Shown here piece by piece: positions 9,524-18,990 of a stretch of DNA of 64,000 nucleotides (positions within the stretch are counted from its first letter, which is position 1; each line of letters starts with the position of its first letter). Source of the stretch: Hyalangium minutum (GTDB lineage: Bacteria; Myxococcota; Myxococcia; Myxococcales; Myxococcaceae); assembly GCF_000737315.1 (NCBI RefSeq), contig NZ_JMCB01000007.1, positions 310,001 through 374,000 on the forward strand, given 5' to 3'. The position numbers were made by a program, and so were the translations under genes. The notes below the pieces were generated by a model that worked only from the letters and a program-made list of their open reading frames with translations, ran no database searches and was not told the origin of the DNA.

Positions 9524-10552
9524 TCAGGTCCCCTCGCGCTTCTCCGCGAGCAGCCCCTTGATGCCCGGCAGGTCCTGCGGCGGCATCTTCGTGTAGATGT
9601 ACTGCACCGTGTCGTGCAGCGTCTGGTGCGGATCCCTCGCGCGGAAGCCCAGCTCGCGCTCGGCCTTCGAGGCGTCCAGGTAGAAGTAGTGCTCGCCGAC
9701 GTCCACCTCTTGAGGATCCAGCGTGGGCTTCGTGCCCCGGAACTTCGCCCACCGCTCCAGCAGCTTCGCCCCCATCACGTTCACCTGCTTGGGCAGGTGC
9801 AACCTCGGCGCGGACACCCCCGTCAGCCGCGACAGCCGATCGAAGAAGTCCTCCAGCGACATGTTCACGCCCATCAGGTGGCGGCCGTACAGCTCCCCGC
9901 GCGTCAGCGCGTTCGCGAACGCCTCCGCCGCGTCCCGCGCGTCCACGAAGGACATGCCGCCGCCCGGCATCGCCGGAATCTCCCCGTTGAGGAACTTCAC
10001 CACCGTCCACGTCGAGGACAGCCGGTCATCCCCCGGCCCCATCAGCAGGCTCGGGTTCAGCACCACCAACGGAATGGAGTGCTTGCGGCAGTACTCCAGC
10101 GTGAGCTTCTCCTCGTAGATCTTCGACAGGTAGTACGGCCACTTGCCCACCACGGTGATGGGGTAGTCGTCCTCCTCCGTGCCGACCCGCTCCTCCTTCG
10201 ACACAGCGATGGTCCCCGAGGTGGACGCCAGGATGAACCGTTTCACCCCCGCCTCGCGCACGTCCTTCAGCAGCTCGCGCGTGGCGTCCACGTGCAGCTC
10301 GTACATCTTCCGCGCGTCCTTGTCCTGGAACGAGACGAGCCCCGCCAGGTGGTAGACGGCCTCCACGCCCTGCAGCGCCCGGCGCACGGCCTCGCGGTCC
10401 TTCAAGTCACCTTGGACGAACTCCACGCGCTCCATCCCGGCCGCCGAGGGCTTCGTCCGGCCGATGATCCGCACCTCATGTCCCGCCTCGAGCAGCCGGG
10501 GCACCAGGTGGGTGCCCAGAAAACCGGTGCCTCCCGTCACGAGCAGCTTCAC
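9524..10552 (-). CDS. elbE: NAD-dependent epimerase/dehydratase (extended SDR), ElbE-like
   Basis: TGGTGFLG Rossmann motif and YYLSK (YxxxK); stop/start overlap with the upstream elbD-like gene. Symbol assigned from operon position. Confidence 0.75.
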   Translation of the reverse strand: MKLLVTGGTGFLGTHLVPRLLEAGHEVRIIGRTKPSAAGMERVEFVQGDLKDREAVRRALQGVEAVYHLAGLVSFQDKDARKMYELHVDATRELLKDVREAGVKRFILASTSGTIAVSKEERVGTEEDDYPITVVGKWPYYLSKIYEEKLTLEYCRKHSIPLVVLNPSLLMGPGDDRLSSTWTVVKFLNGEIPAMPGGGMSFVDARDAAEAFANALTRGELYGRHLMGVNMSLEDFFDRLSRLTGVSAPRLHLPKQVNVMGAKLLERWAKFRGTKPTLDPQEVDVGEHYFYLDASKAERELGFRARDPHQTLHDTVQYIYTKMPPQDLPGIKGLLAEKREGT

Positions 10553-13500
10553 GAGTCCTGCCCTCCCGAGGAGCCCAGCGCGCGCCGCTGCTCCTCCGTC
10601 GTCGCCGCCGCATCCAGGTTCAGCACCCGGCCCGCGCGCAGCGCCTTCACGGCCTCCTCGGCCAGCCGCGTGGCGTACCGGTAGCTCTCCGAGCGCGCCA
10701 TGCCCTGCGTCTTCGTCCTCAAGTCCCCGTACCGCAGCACCGGCCCGATGTGGACCTCGAGCTCCTTGGACTTCGGGAACATGGTGCCCTTGGGCAGCGC
10801 CTCGAAGGTGCCCTTGAGGTAGAGCGGCAGCACGTCCACCTCGTAGGTGAGGGCCAGGTAGCCCAGCGTCGGCTTGAACTCCAGCAGCTCACCCGTCGTG
10901 GAGCGCGTGCCCTCGGGGAAGATGAGCAGGTTGTAGCCCATGCGCAGCGACTCACCCGCCAGCCGGAGCGACTCGCGCAGGCTGCCGTGCCGGTCCATGG
11001 GAATGAGGTCCGTGAAGTTCTCGAAGTAGGCGCGCTTGAGCGCCGTGTCGAAGAAGTAGTCCCGGGCCGCCAGCGCCACCGTCTTCTGTCCCTGCTCCTC
11101 GAGCACCGTGCGGATGAGCCCCGCGTCCAGGTGGCTCGCGTGGTTGGCGATGACCAGGAAGTTCCGGTTCTGCGGCACGAACTGCTTGCCCGTCACCTTC
11201 ACGCTGAACGCGCCGCCGTACAGCACCTTCTGCCCGAAGGTGAGCAGCTGCCGGCCGAGGTTCGCCACCACCTCCGGCACGGGGATCTCCATCTCCTCGG
11301 AGCGCTTGTGGTCCTCGGAGATCTCCTTCGCCCGAGCCTCCATCGCCGGCCGGCGCCCGGAGGCGACGATCAGCTTGCGCAGATCGTCCACGGTGTTGAT
11401 CTGCGTCAAGTCGTTCACCGCGGGCAGCGGCACCCCGGCCTGCTCCAGCGCCACGGACAGCTCCGTGAGCATCAGCGAGTCGAAGCCCAGGTCCACCGAG
11501 AGCCGCGCCTCGGGCCGCACGTCGGCCGCGGGCCGGTTCACCACCTCGGCGATGAGCGGGTAGAGCCAGTCGCTCACGCCGCCCGTGCCCGGATGCGTCA
11601 CCTTGTCGCGGGCCTTCTCGCCCGAGGAGGCCAGCCGCTCCAGGCGCTTGAGCTCCTCGACCACCAGCTTGCGCTTCACCTTGCGCGTGGAGGTGCGAGG
11701 CAGCTCGCCGTCCCAGAAGCGCAGCACCTTCACCCGGCGGTAGAAGGGCATGTCCGCGCTCACGTTGCGGAAGTGCTCCTCCAACTCGCGGCGAACCTCC
11801 TCGCGAGGCCGCTCCTTGTAGTCCGGCACACAGAGACAGGCGACCTTCTCGCCACCGCCATCCTCGGGCATGCCGACGATGGACAGCTCCTTGATGTGCG
11901 TGTGGACGCTGTACAGATCCTCAAGCTCGTCCGGGTACACGTTCTTCCCGTTGGCGTCGATGATCACGTCCTTCTTGCGGCCCACGAGGTACAGGCGTCC
12001 CTCGGCATCCAGCCGGCCCAGGTCGCCCGTGTGCAGCCAGCCGCTCTTGAGCACGGCCTCGGTGGCCTCACGGTCCCCGAAGTAGCCCGCCATGATGTTC
12101 GGGCCCTTGGCGATCACCTCGCCGATGCCATCGTTGTCCGGCTGATCGATCTTGAACTCGATGCCTGGCAGCGCCTTGCCCACCGTGCCCGGCTGGCGCT
12201 TGTTGGTCGGCTCCGCGACGCTGAGCACCGGGGCTGCCTCGGTGAGGCCGTAGCCCTCGGTGATGTTGAAGCCCAGGGCGTGGAAGGCCTTGTGCACGTC
12301 ATCCGGCAGCGCCGAGCCGCCCGACACCAGGAACTTCACCTTGCCGCCGAACTTGCGGTGCACCGGCCAGAACAGCAGCTTGCCCAGGTTGATCGAGCTG
12401 CGGTTGCGCAGCTCCCCGTGCGACGCCATGAGCGCCTTGATGGCCTGCTCCACCGCTGGGGGACGGCTGGCCATCTCCTGGGTGATCTTCCGGTGCAGCA
12501 GCTGCCACAGCGCCGGCACGCCGACCATCGCGGTGACGCGGCCCGTCTCGAACACGTCGCCCAGCCGGTCTGCCGTCAGCTCGTCGATGTACGTGATCTC
12601 CGCGCCGCGCGAGAACGGCATGAGGAAGCCCGCGGAGAACTCGAACGTGTGGTGCAGCGGGAGCACGGACACCAGCCCATCTCCCACGCCGATGTTGAAC
12701 GCCCCCGCCAGCTTGGCCACCAGCGACGCGAAGTTGCGGTGGGTGAGCATGACGCCCTTGGGCGTGCCCGTGGTGCCCGAGGTGAAGATGAGGCTCGCCA
12801 CGTCATCCGCCGCCGCCGTCTTCCGCACCGGCCCGATGCGATCCGGGTACGCCGGGTCTCCGGACATGGCCTCGGCGAGGCTGAGCACCTGCGTGGAGCG
12901 CTCGCCATCCGTGAGCGACGCCACCAGGCTCGGGAACTCCTCGATGGACTGCTCGGAGATGAGGCACGCCTTGGCCTCGGCGCGGCGGGCGATGTTCACC
13001 ACCTCCGCCTCGCTGAGCGCAGGGTCGACCGGAACCACGGTGCCGCCCGCGCGCAGGATGCCGAAGTAGGAGATGGCCCACTCGGGCCGGTTCTCGGACA
13101 CCAGCAGCACGCGGTCGCCGTGCTTCACACCGGCCTTCATGAGGGCGCTGCCGACGCGGCCCGCGTAGCGGTGCACCTCGCCGTAGGTGACGCGCTCCTC
13201 CTTCTCGTCGGCGAACATCCGGAAGGCCACGCGGTGCCGGAAGGCGTGCACGGAGGCCTCGAACAGCTCCAGCAGGTCGCGGTGCGCGGGGATGACGGTG
13301 CGCCGCTGCGTCTCCTCCTCGAGCCCCGGGAACACCCACTTCTCCAGGCCGGGCAGGTGCGTCTCCAGCCAGTACGTGCGCCAGTCGATGTGCTCGGGGG
13401 CCCAGGGAATCTTCAGCCGGTCCGCGTGAGCCATGCGCTGGTACACCGAGCGCGTGTTGTCGCAGCGGAAGACGTAGCGGTTCTCCCAGATGAAGGGGAG

Positions 13501-14961
13501 GAACAGCTCGATCATGCCCGCGAGGCTGCCGACCTGCTCCTCGACGCCATCCAGCGTGTCCTTGGCGCGGTCCAGCAGGGCTTGCACACCGGGGGCGCCC
13601 CAGGTGGGCCGCACCTCGTCGATGAGCTTCTTGAGCAGCCGCGAGCCCTTGATGAACGCCGGAGCACTGAAGTTCTCGAAGGCCTGCTTGGTGACGGGGA
13701 CGGGCTCCACGCGCGAGCGCACCGCGTTCATCAGCGCGTTGCCCGTCTCCTTGTTGCGGTAGTAGCGGCGGCGGTACAGGCCCACCAACTCCACGGAACG
13801 GCTGGCGTAGAACGGGTTCTCGTCACCGGAGGCCAGGTGGTAGACGCGCCGCTCCTCCACCGTGAGCGAGTGCGCGGTAATCCCAATGGTGGCTCCGGCC
13901 ACGTGGTCCACGGGGATAATGTCGAGAATGGTCCGGTCGCCCGCGGGGATGCCGCGCTGGCCCTTGAGGCCGGCGAACGCGAGCGGCGCGGAGGTGGTGA
14001 AGCCTTCGTTCCACCCGGGAAAGGGGAAGTGCTGGGCGCTCTCGACGATGGAGGGCCGGACGATGGAGTAGCGCAGGCCCGGAGTCGCGGCGAGCACCTG
14101 CTCGCCCAGGCTCTTGGTGTACGTGTACGTGTTGGGCCAGCCCCAGTGCAGCGCGCGCTCCATGCCCGCGCGGACCAGCTCGCCGGTGAGCCACAGCTTG
14201 CGCTCGCGGCCCACGGCGAGGCGCAGCGTCTTCTCGTCGTTGGTGTCGCGGCCCTCTTCCTCCAGGCGATCCAGCGCCTTCTTGCGGAAGAGCGAGGTGA
14301 GGGCCTTGTCATCGGCCTGCTCGCGCAGCCGGGCGACAATCCGCTCGGCGTCCTTCAGCTCCTGCTCCAGGCTGAAGTCGCGCCCGTCCAGCTCGTCCTT
14401 CTTGGGGAAGTAACCGAGCACCTCCTCGTCCTCGAAGACGAGCCCGCTGCGGTTGCCCGCGACGAAGGCGGTGGACATGTGCACGAGCGGCGCGTTCCAT
14501 TTCAGCGCCAGGTCCACCGCGTACTTCACGCCGTGGGTGTTGACGTTGAGGCCCACCTCCAGCGAGGGGTTGAAGGACACCAGGCCCGCGCAGTTGACGA
14601 TGGCGGCCACCTTGCCGGTGAGCTCCTCGGCCTTGGCCTCCTCGAGGCCCATGCGCGGATCGGTAATGTCGCCGTCGAGCACCTCGCACTTCTTGCGGAT
14701 GAACTCGAGGGCGCCCGCGTCGCCGAGCGCGTCGCGCAGGGGCTGGAAGGGCTCGCTGGTGGCGACCTTGTCGAAGAAGCGGCGCTCGGACGAGGCGGCG
14801 CTGCCCTTGCGTACGAGCACGTAGACCTTGTCCAGCTCCTGGCCGTAGCGCGTGAGGAGCATGGACAAGGTGACCTTGCCCACGAAGCCGGTGGAGCCGG
14901 CAAACAGCAGACGCTTGCCGGTGAAGACCTGGGAGACGTTCAGTTCGGGCAGCAGACTCAT
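10549..14961 (-). CDS. elbD: Multifunctional ether-lipid biosynthesis enzyme (fatty acyl reductase - acyl-CoA synthetase - carrier domain - acyltransferase)
   Basis: 1470 aa. FAR-like N-terminus (GSTGFVGK, WPNTYTYTK), adenylation motifs (FTSGTTGTPKG, EGYGLTE, HTGDLG), carrier serine (LGFDSL), acyltransferase NHASHLD and FPEGTRS. This architecture is that of myxobacterial ElbD. Confidence 0.88.
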   Translation of the reverse strand: MSLLPELNVSQVFTGKRLLFAGSTGFVGKVTLSMLLTRYGQELDKVYVLVRKGSAASSERRFFDKVATSEPFQPLRDALGDAGALEFIRKKCEVLDGDITDPRMGLEEAKAEELTGKVAAIVNCAGLVSFNPSLEVGLNVNTHGVKYAVDLALKWNAPLVHMSTAFVAGNRSGLVFEDEEVLGYFPKKDELDGRDFSLEQELKDAERIVARLREQADDKALTSLFRKKALDRLEEEGRDTNDEKTLRLAVGRERKLWLTGELVRAGMERALHWGWPNTYTYTKSLGEQVLAATPGLRYSIVRPSIVESAQHFPFPGWNEGFTTSAPLAFAGLKGQRGIPAGDRTILDIIPVDHVAGATIGITAHSLTVEERRVYHLASGDENPFYASRSVELVGLYRRRYYRNKETGNALMNAVRSRVEPVPVTKQAFENFSAPAFIKGSRLLKKLIDEVRPTWGAPGVQALLDRAKDTLDGVEEQVGSLAGMIELFLPFIWENRYVFRCDNTRSVYQRMAHADRLKIPWAPEHIDWRTYWLETHLPGLEKWVFPGLEEETQRRTVIPAHRDLLELFEASVHAFRHRVAFRMFADEKEERVTYGEVHRYAGRVGSALMKAGVKHGDRVLLVSENRPEWAISYFGILRAGGTVVPVDPALSEAEVVNIARRAEAKACLISEQSIEEFPSLVASLTDGERSTQVLSLAEAMSGDPAYPDRIGPVRKTAAADDVASLIFTSGTTGTPKGVMLTHRNFASLVAKLAGAFNIGVGDGLVSVLPLHHTFEFSAGFLMPFSRGAEITYIDELTADRLGDVFETGRVTAMVGVPALWQLLHRKITQEMASRPPAVEQAIKALMASHGELRNRSSINLGKLLFWPVHRKFGGKVKFLVSGGSALPDDVHKAFHALGFNITEGYGLTEAAPVLSVAEPTNKRQPGTVGKALPGIEFKIDQPDNDGIGEVIAKGPNIMAGYFGDREATEAVLKSGWLHTGDLGRLDAEGRLYLVGRKKDVIIDANGKNVYPDELEDLYSVHTHIKELSIVGMPEDGGGEKVACLCVPDYKERPREEVRRELEEHFRNVSADMPFYRRVKVLRFWDGELPRTSTRKVKRKLVVEELKRLERLASSGEKARDKVTHPGTGGVSDWLYPLIAEVVNRPAADVRPEARLSVDLGFDSLMLTELSVALEQAGVPLPAVNDLTQINTVDDLRKLIVASGRRPAMEARAKEISEDHKRSEEMEIPVPEVVANLGRQLLTFGQKVLYGGAFSVKVTGKQFVPQNRNFLVIANHASHLDAGLIRTVLEEQGQKTVALAARDYFFDTALKRAYFENFTDLIPMDRHGSLRESLRLAGESLRMGYNLLIFPEGTRSTTGELLEFKPTLGYLALTYEVDVLPLYLKGTFEALPKGTMFPKSKELEVHIGPVLRYGDLRTKTQGMARSESYRYATRLAEEAVKALRAGRVLNLDAAATTEEQRRALGSSGGQDS

Positions 14962-14972
14962 GTGCGACTCGC

Positions 14973-16586
14973 TCAGAGCTTCACGTCCGCAAGCAGGGTG
15001 GGCGCGATGCGCAGCAGGCTAATGGTGGCCGAGCGGCCCATGAAGCCGCGGGCCTCTTCGATGGCCTCGGTGAGGGTGTCAGTGCGGTCCCAGCCGAGCA
15101 GCGCGGGCACGTGGTTGTTCTCGGCACCGGCGACGATGACCTTGCCCACGTGCTGGCGGCCGTTCTCGCCCCAGTACCACATATAGAAGGGGTGCACGCC
15201 GTGGTAGGCGTTGCCCTTGCGGTACAGGTGCACGTAGCTGGGGTTCTCCGCGAACTCGCGCTCGTACTTGTGCTCCAGCTTCATCGAGTCGCGCGTCTCC
15301 GGCAGCAGCCGGTTGAAGAACTCGATGTAGCTGGGGTGCTGCACCGGATCGAACTCGTCGAACGCCGGGTGCAGGAGGATGAGCACGCCGCCCTTCTTCA
15401 CCAGCGGCACGCCGCGGTTCAGGTTGAAGAAGTAGCCCAGCCCCATGACCTGCAGGAGCAGCGGGTTGAGCACCGAGTTGACGCTGTACGGCGAGATGAA
15501 GGGGATGGGGAAGATGACGATGTCGCTCTGCCCCTCCACCGGCACCGAGTACTGCTTCCAGCTCATCTCCAGCGTCTTGGCGTGGGTGGGCTCGGTGGCG
15601 CCGGCGAACACGCCCGTCACGTCGTAGGGGGCGGGCACGGAGTTGAAGATCTTCCGGGCCGCCGCGCGCGGGGTGTGCTTGAGGGCGAACAGCGCCGCCT
15701 GCAGCTTGAGCCGGTCCGCCTCCGTGTAGTCCTCCTCCTTCTTGGCGAGGAACTCCAGCGGCGCGCCGAACATGCGGTTGTTGAGCGTGGTCTCGATGTG
15801 GAAGACCTTGAGGTGCTTGTCGATCACCGAGCCAATGCGCGTGTTGCTCTTGTAGAGCGCGCTCGCCTTGGGCTCCATGTAGCTGTCGGACTCGCGGATC
15901 GTCTTCGGGTTGTGGTGCGAGCGCAGCGACGCGTAGTTGGCCACGCCCGTGCCCATGGACTTGTGCCCGCCGTTCATCGGCACGAAGTTCACGTTCACGT
16001 AGACGATGAGATCGCTCTCCGCCACGCGGCGGTTGATGGCGACCACTTCCTGGTGGCTGGTGCGCTCCAGCTCGACGATGCCGTCCGGATCCTCGGCGTC
16101 GTGGTTGTAGTACCGGTCCGGGTAGTAGGCGTCGTAGATCTTCTGGCCCACCATGCGCTTCATCTCCGCCTCGGTCATCCGGCGGTGCAGCGCGTTGGCG
16201 ATGACCAGGTGGATGTCATCCACGCCGCTGTCGGCGGCCAGATCCAGCACCACCTCGAGGATGGTCTGCCGCACGTCCGGGGTGACCATGGGCGGCAGCG
16301 GCACGGAGATGTCGTCGATGACGCAGGTCAGCTTCATGCCCGGGCGCAGCAGGGCGTGCAGCGGATCCATGCCCTCCGGGTGGTTGATGGCCCAGCGGAT
16401 GGCGGCCTTCGTGTTGGGCACGCCGGCCATGGGCGGCCGGGGGAAGATGACCCGTGTTCCAACGGGCAGGTCCTCCAAGAGGAAGTTCTCACCGAAGAAG
16501 AGGGCGCGCGGAGGGCTGCCCTTCTCGGTGATGACGACCTGACTTTCCTCGTCGTAGAGCTTCTGGAGCGTCTTGATGGGGCGCAT
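14973..16586 (-). CDS. elbC: Lactate racemase (LarA/DUF2088)-domain protein, ElbC-like
   Basis: IDDISVP, ANALHRRMT, NHDAED and NGGHKS motifs resemble the LarA N-terminal domain. Symbol assigned from operon position. Confidence 0.7.
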   Translation of the reverse strand: MRPIKTLQKLYDEESQVVITEKGSPPRALFFGENFLLEDLPVGTRVIFPRPPMAGVPNTKAAIRWAINHPEGMDPLHALLRPGMKLTCVIDDISVPLPPMVTPDVRQTILEVVLDLAADSGVDDIHLVIANALHRRMTEAEMKRMVGQKIYDAYYPDRYYNHDAEDPDGIVELERTSHQEVVAINRRVAESDLIVYVNVNFVPMNGGHKSMGTGVANYASLRSHHNPKTIRESDSYMEPKASALYKSNTRIGSVIDKHLKVFHIETTLNNRMFGAPLEFLAKKEEDYTEADRLKLQAALFALKHTPRAAARKIFNSVPAPYDVTGVFAGATEPTHAKTLEMSWKQYSVPVEGQSDIVIFPIPFISPYSVNSVLNPLLLQVMGLGYFFNLNRGVPLVKKGGVLILLHPAFDEFDPVQHPSYIEFFNRLLPETRDSMKLEHKYEREFAENPSYVHLYRKGNAYHGVHPFYMWYWGENGRQHVGKVIVAGAENNHVPALLGWDRTDTLTEAIEEARGFMGRSATISLLRIAPTLLADVKL

Positions 16587-16598
16587 AGGTAGAGTGGG

Positions 16599-17288
16599 TT
16601 ACTTCAGATCGAGGATGGGCCAGTTGTAGGCGCGCGCGAGCTGGCGCAGGCGCATGTCCGGGTTGACGGCGGTGGGCCGGCCCACAATGGCCAACATGGC
16701 GTAGTCCGAGGCGCTGTCCGAGTAGCCGTGGCAGTGCGCCAGCGACAGGCCTTCCTTCACGCAGTAGTCGCGGATGGCGTTGGCCTTGTTGGCGCCCTCG
16801 ATGATGGGGGGAATCACCTTGCCGGTGGCCTTGCCGCCCACGAACTGCATCTTGTTGGCGATGAGCTCGTCAGCGCCCAGGTACCGGGCGAGCGGGCGCA
16901 TGGTGAAGTCCAGCGCGCCCGTCACCAGGACAATGCGGCACCCGGCACGGCGGGCCTCGGCGATCAGGTCCTTGGACTGTTCGTAGAGGCCCGGCTTGAG
17001 CACGTCCTCGAACATGTCCTCGGCGACGGTGATGAGCCGGTCTTCGGAGAGTCCCGCGTAGTAGCGGTAGAAGAACTCGTTGAAGACCTTGCGGTTGACG
17101 ACATCCAACGCTCCGAACAGCGGGAGGCTCGCGGCGGTGCCGAGCGTGCGCCCGGCCATGCCCAGGAGCGAGCCACGGTTCATCGCGTAGTAGGCGTAGA
17201 CGTGGACGACGTTCGTCTTCACGAGCGTCCCGTCGACATCATAGAAGGCAGCTTTAGCGGGGGGCATGGGGCTGGCGCTTCCTGACAC
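16599..17288 (-). CDS. elbB: HAD-superfamily IB hydrolase, ElbB-like
   Basis: FYDVDGTL (motif I), VTGA (II), K (III), YSDSASDYAML (IV). Symbol assigned from operon position. Confidence 0.78.
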   Translation of the reverse strand: MSGSASPMPPAKAAFYDVDGTLVKTNVVHVYAYYAMNRGSLLGMAGRTLGTAASLPLFGALDVVNRKVFNEFFYRYYAGLSEDRLITVAEDMFEDVLKPGLYEQSKDLIAEARRAGCRIVLVTGALDFTMRPLARYLGADELIANKMQFVGGKATGKVIPPIIEGANKANAIRDYCVKEGLSLAHCHGYSDSASDYAMLAIVGRPTAVNPDMRLRQLARAYNWPILDLK

Positions 17289-17353
17289 TCCTGTAGGGGT
17301 GTGTCAACGACGCCGGAAGTGTGGGAATTCGCTGGTAAACCTCGGTGGGAAAC

Positions 17354-18331
17354 TCACAACCAGCCCTGCTCTTGGTACCACCGGGCGCTGCGGCGGATGG
17401 AGTCCACGACATCTCTTCGAGGACGGAAGCCCAACAGCCGTTCGGCCTTGGCGCCGGAGCACGTCCACGCGGGGGCCAGGAGCTGACGCGCGAGCTTGCG
17501 GTTCAGGGGCAGCTTGCGCCCGGTGGCCTGGGTGACGACGTCCGCCGCCGAGGCCAGGCCCTTGAGCACCCAGGGTGGGAGGTGGACCGTCCGCGTCTTC
17601 ACGCCCAGCTCCCGGGCGCCAATGTCCTGCAGCTCATCCATGGTGAGGTGCTGCGGGCCGGCGACGAAGAAGGCCTCGCCCAGGGCCTCGGGGCGGTCGG
17701 CGAGCACCAGCATGAGGTCCACCACGTCCTCGACATCCACCAGGGTGAGGGGGCGGGGACCACCGCCAATCTCCAGGCGGATGCCCTTCTTCACCAGCTT
17801 GAAGAAGGTGAGGTTCTCGTGGTCGCCGGGCCCGAGGATGCGCGGCGGGCGCACCACTGTCACCGGCAGCCGATCCTTGTAAGAGAGGGCGATGCGCTCG
17901 GCCTCGCCCTTGCTCTCGCCGTACCACTCGGCGGGGTGGAAGGGGTCCTCCTCCACGTGGGGACGGCCGGCGGACGAGGGGCCCGAAGCGGCCAGCGAGC
18001 CGCACAGCACCAGGCGCGCTTTTCCTCCGGCCTTGAGCATGGCCTCGCACACATTGCGCGTGCCCTCGGCGTTGACGCGCATGAACTCGTCGCGCGTGGC
18101 GGCACGGCGGATGCCCGCCAGGTGGAACACCACGTCGCGTCCGGCCACGGCGCGCTCCAGCGAGGCCGAGTCCGTGACGTCTCCGTCGAGGCGGGTATAG
18201 GGCAGGCCCGCGAGCGCCGAGATATCGCTGGTGGGGCGCAGCAGGCACGCGACGGTGTCTTTCCGAGCGACAAGGGCCTTGGCGAGCCAGGCTCCCAGGA
18301 AGCCGTTGGCACCGGTGATGAGGGCGTTCAT
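17354..18331 (-). CDS. elbA: NAD-dependent epimerase / 3-beta-HSD-like SDR, ElbA-like
   Basis: MNALITGANGFLG start (ATG at 18331), HLAG and YGESK motifs; first gene of the cluster. Symbol assigned from position. Confidence 0.65.
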   Translation of the reverse strand: MNALITGANGFLGAWLAKALVARKDTVACLLRPTSDISALAGLPYTRLDGDVTDSASLERAVAGRDVVFHLAGIRRAATRDEFMRVNAEGTRNVCEAMLKAGGKARLVLCGSLAASGPSSAGRPHVEEDPFHPAEWYGESKGEAERIALSYKDRLPVTVVRPPRILGPGDHENLTFFKLVKKGIRLEIGGGPRPLTLVDVEDVVDLMLVLADRPEALGEAFFVAGPQHLTMDELQDIGARELGVKTRTVHLPPWVLKGLASAADVVTQATGRKLPLNRKLARQLLAPAWTCSGAKAERLLGFRPRRDVVDSIRRSARWYQEQGWL

Positions 18332-18440
18332 GGGCTCGTCTTCAAGACCAAAGCGGCACAGCCGGCAAGGGGAAATCCCGGACCGAAGTGCCTTTCTCCC
18401 GAGGGGAAAACGGCGCGTCACCCCCCCTCCTCCGAGTGTG

Positions 18441-18463
18441 AAACAGCGATCACGGCGCTGTTT
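18441..18463. promoter_or_regulatory. Inverted repeat AAACAGCG-N7-CGCTGTTT, putative operator in a divergent promoter
   Basis: Perfect 8-bp inverted repeat between the elbA-like gene and the SWIB gene. Function is inferred only. Confidence 0.35.
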
Positions 18464-18584
18464 TCAGAGGGAAAGTCGCACGGAAGGGCTGTTTTTCGGC
18501 TCGGGCCGTGCTACTACGCCGCGCACGGCTCTAGGTTCCCAACGCCGTAATCCACGTCCCCTTCGGAGGGGAGGAGACTCAAGA

Positions 18585-18908
18585 ATGGCCGCGAAGAAGG
18601 CTGCTGCGAAGAAGACCACTGCTACTGCTGCGAAGAAGGCTCCCGCGAAGAAGGCCGCTGGTGCGAAGCGCAAGCCGAACGCAGCGTTCATGCAGGAGTT
18701 CACCCCGTCGCCTGAGCTCGCTGCTGTCATTGGCGAGAAGCCGCTCCCGCGCACCGCGGTGATCAAGAACCTGTGGACCTACTTCAAGAAGCATGGCCTG
18801 AACCAGGGTCAGCTCATCAACCTGGATGACAACCTGAAGAAGGTCTACGGCAACAAGAAGCAGATCAAGATGACCGAGGTCGCTGCGGCCTTCAAGCACC
18901 TGAAGTAG
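18585..18908 (+). CDS. SWIB/MDM2-domain protein with Lys/Ala-rich (histone H1-like) N-terminal tail
   Basis: MAAKKAAAKKTTATAAKKAPAKKAAGAKRKPNAAFM...PSPELAAVIG...PRTAVIKNLWTYFKKHGL; GGAGGAG ribosome-binding site upstream. Confidence 0.9.
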   Translation: MAAKKAAAKKTTATAAKKAPAKKAAGAKRKPNAAFMQEFTPSPELAAVIGEKPLPRTAVIKNLWTYFKKHGLNQGQLINLDDNLKKVYGNKKQIKMTEVAAAFKHLK

Positions 18909-18949
18909 CCGTCGATCGCACGCAGCCCTCTGGGGCGCGCGTCGCACAC

Positions 18950-18985
18950 AGGGCTCGCCGAGATTCGGCGGGCCCTCTGTTTTTT
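18950..18985 (+). terminator. Rho-independent terminator of the SWIB gene
   Basis: Stem AGGGCTCGCCGA/TCGGCGGGCCCT, 3-nt loop, followed by CTGTTTTTT. Confidence 0.8.
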
Positions 18986-18990
18986 CCGCG

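Noticed and set aside
10750-15186. 1478-aa plus-strand ORF antisense to elbD, and similar long shadow ORFs (e.g. 19570-21579, 24110-26338, 31438-33723, 44810-46633, 54210-56057)
   Set aside because: They mirror well-supported genes on the opposite strand, have no recognisable motifs, and are the expected by-product of high-GC codon bias.
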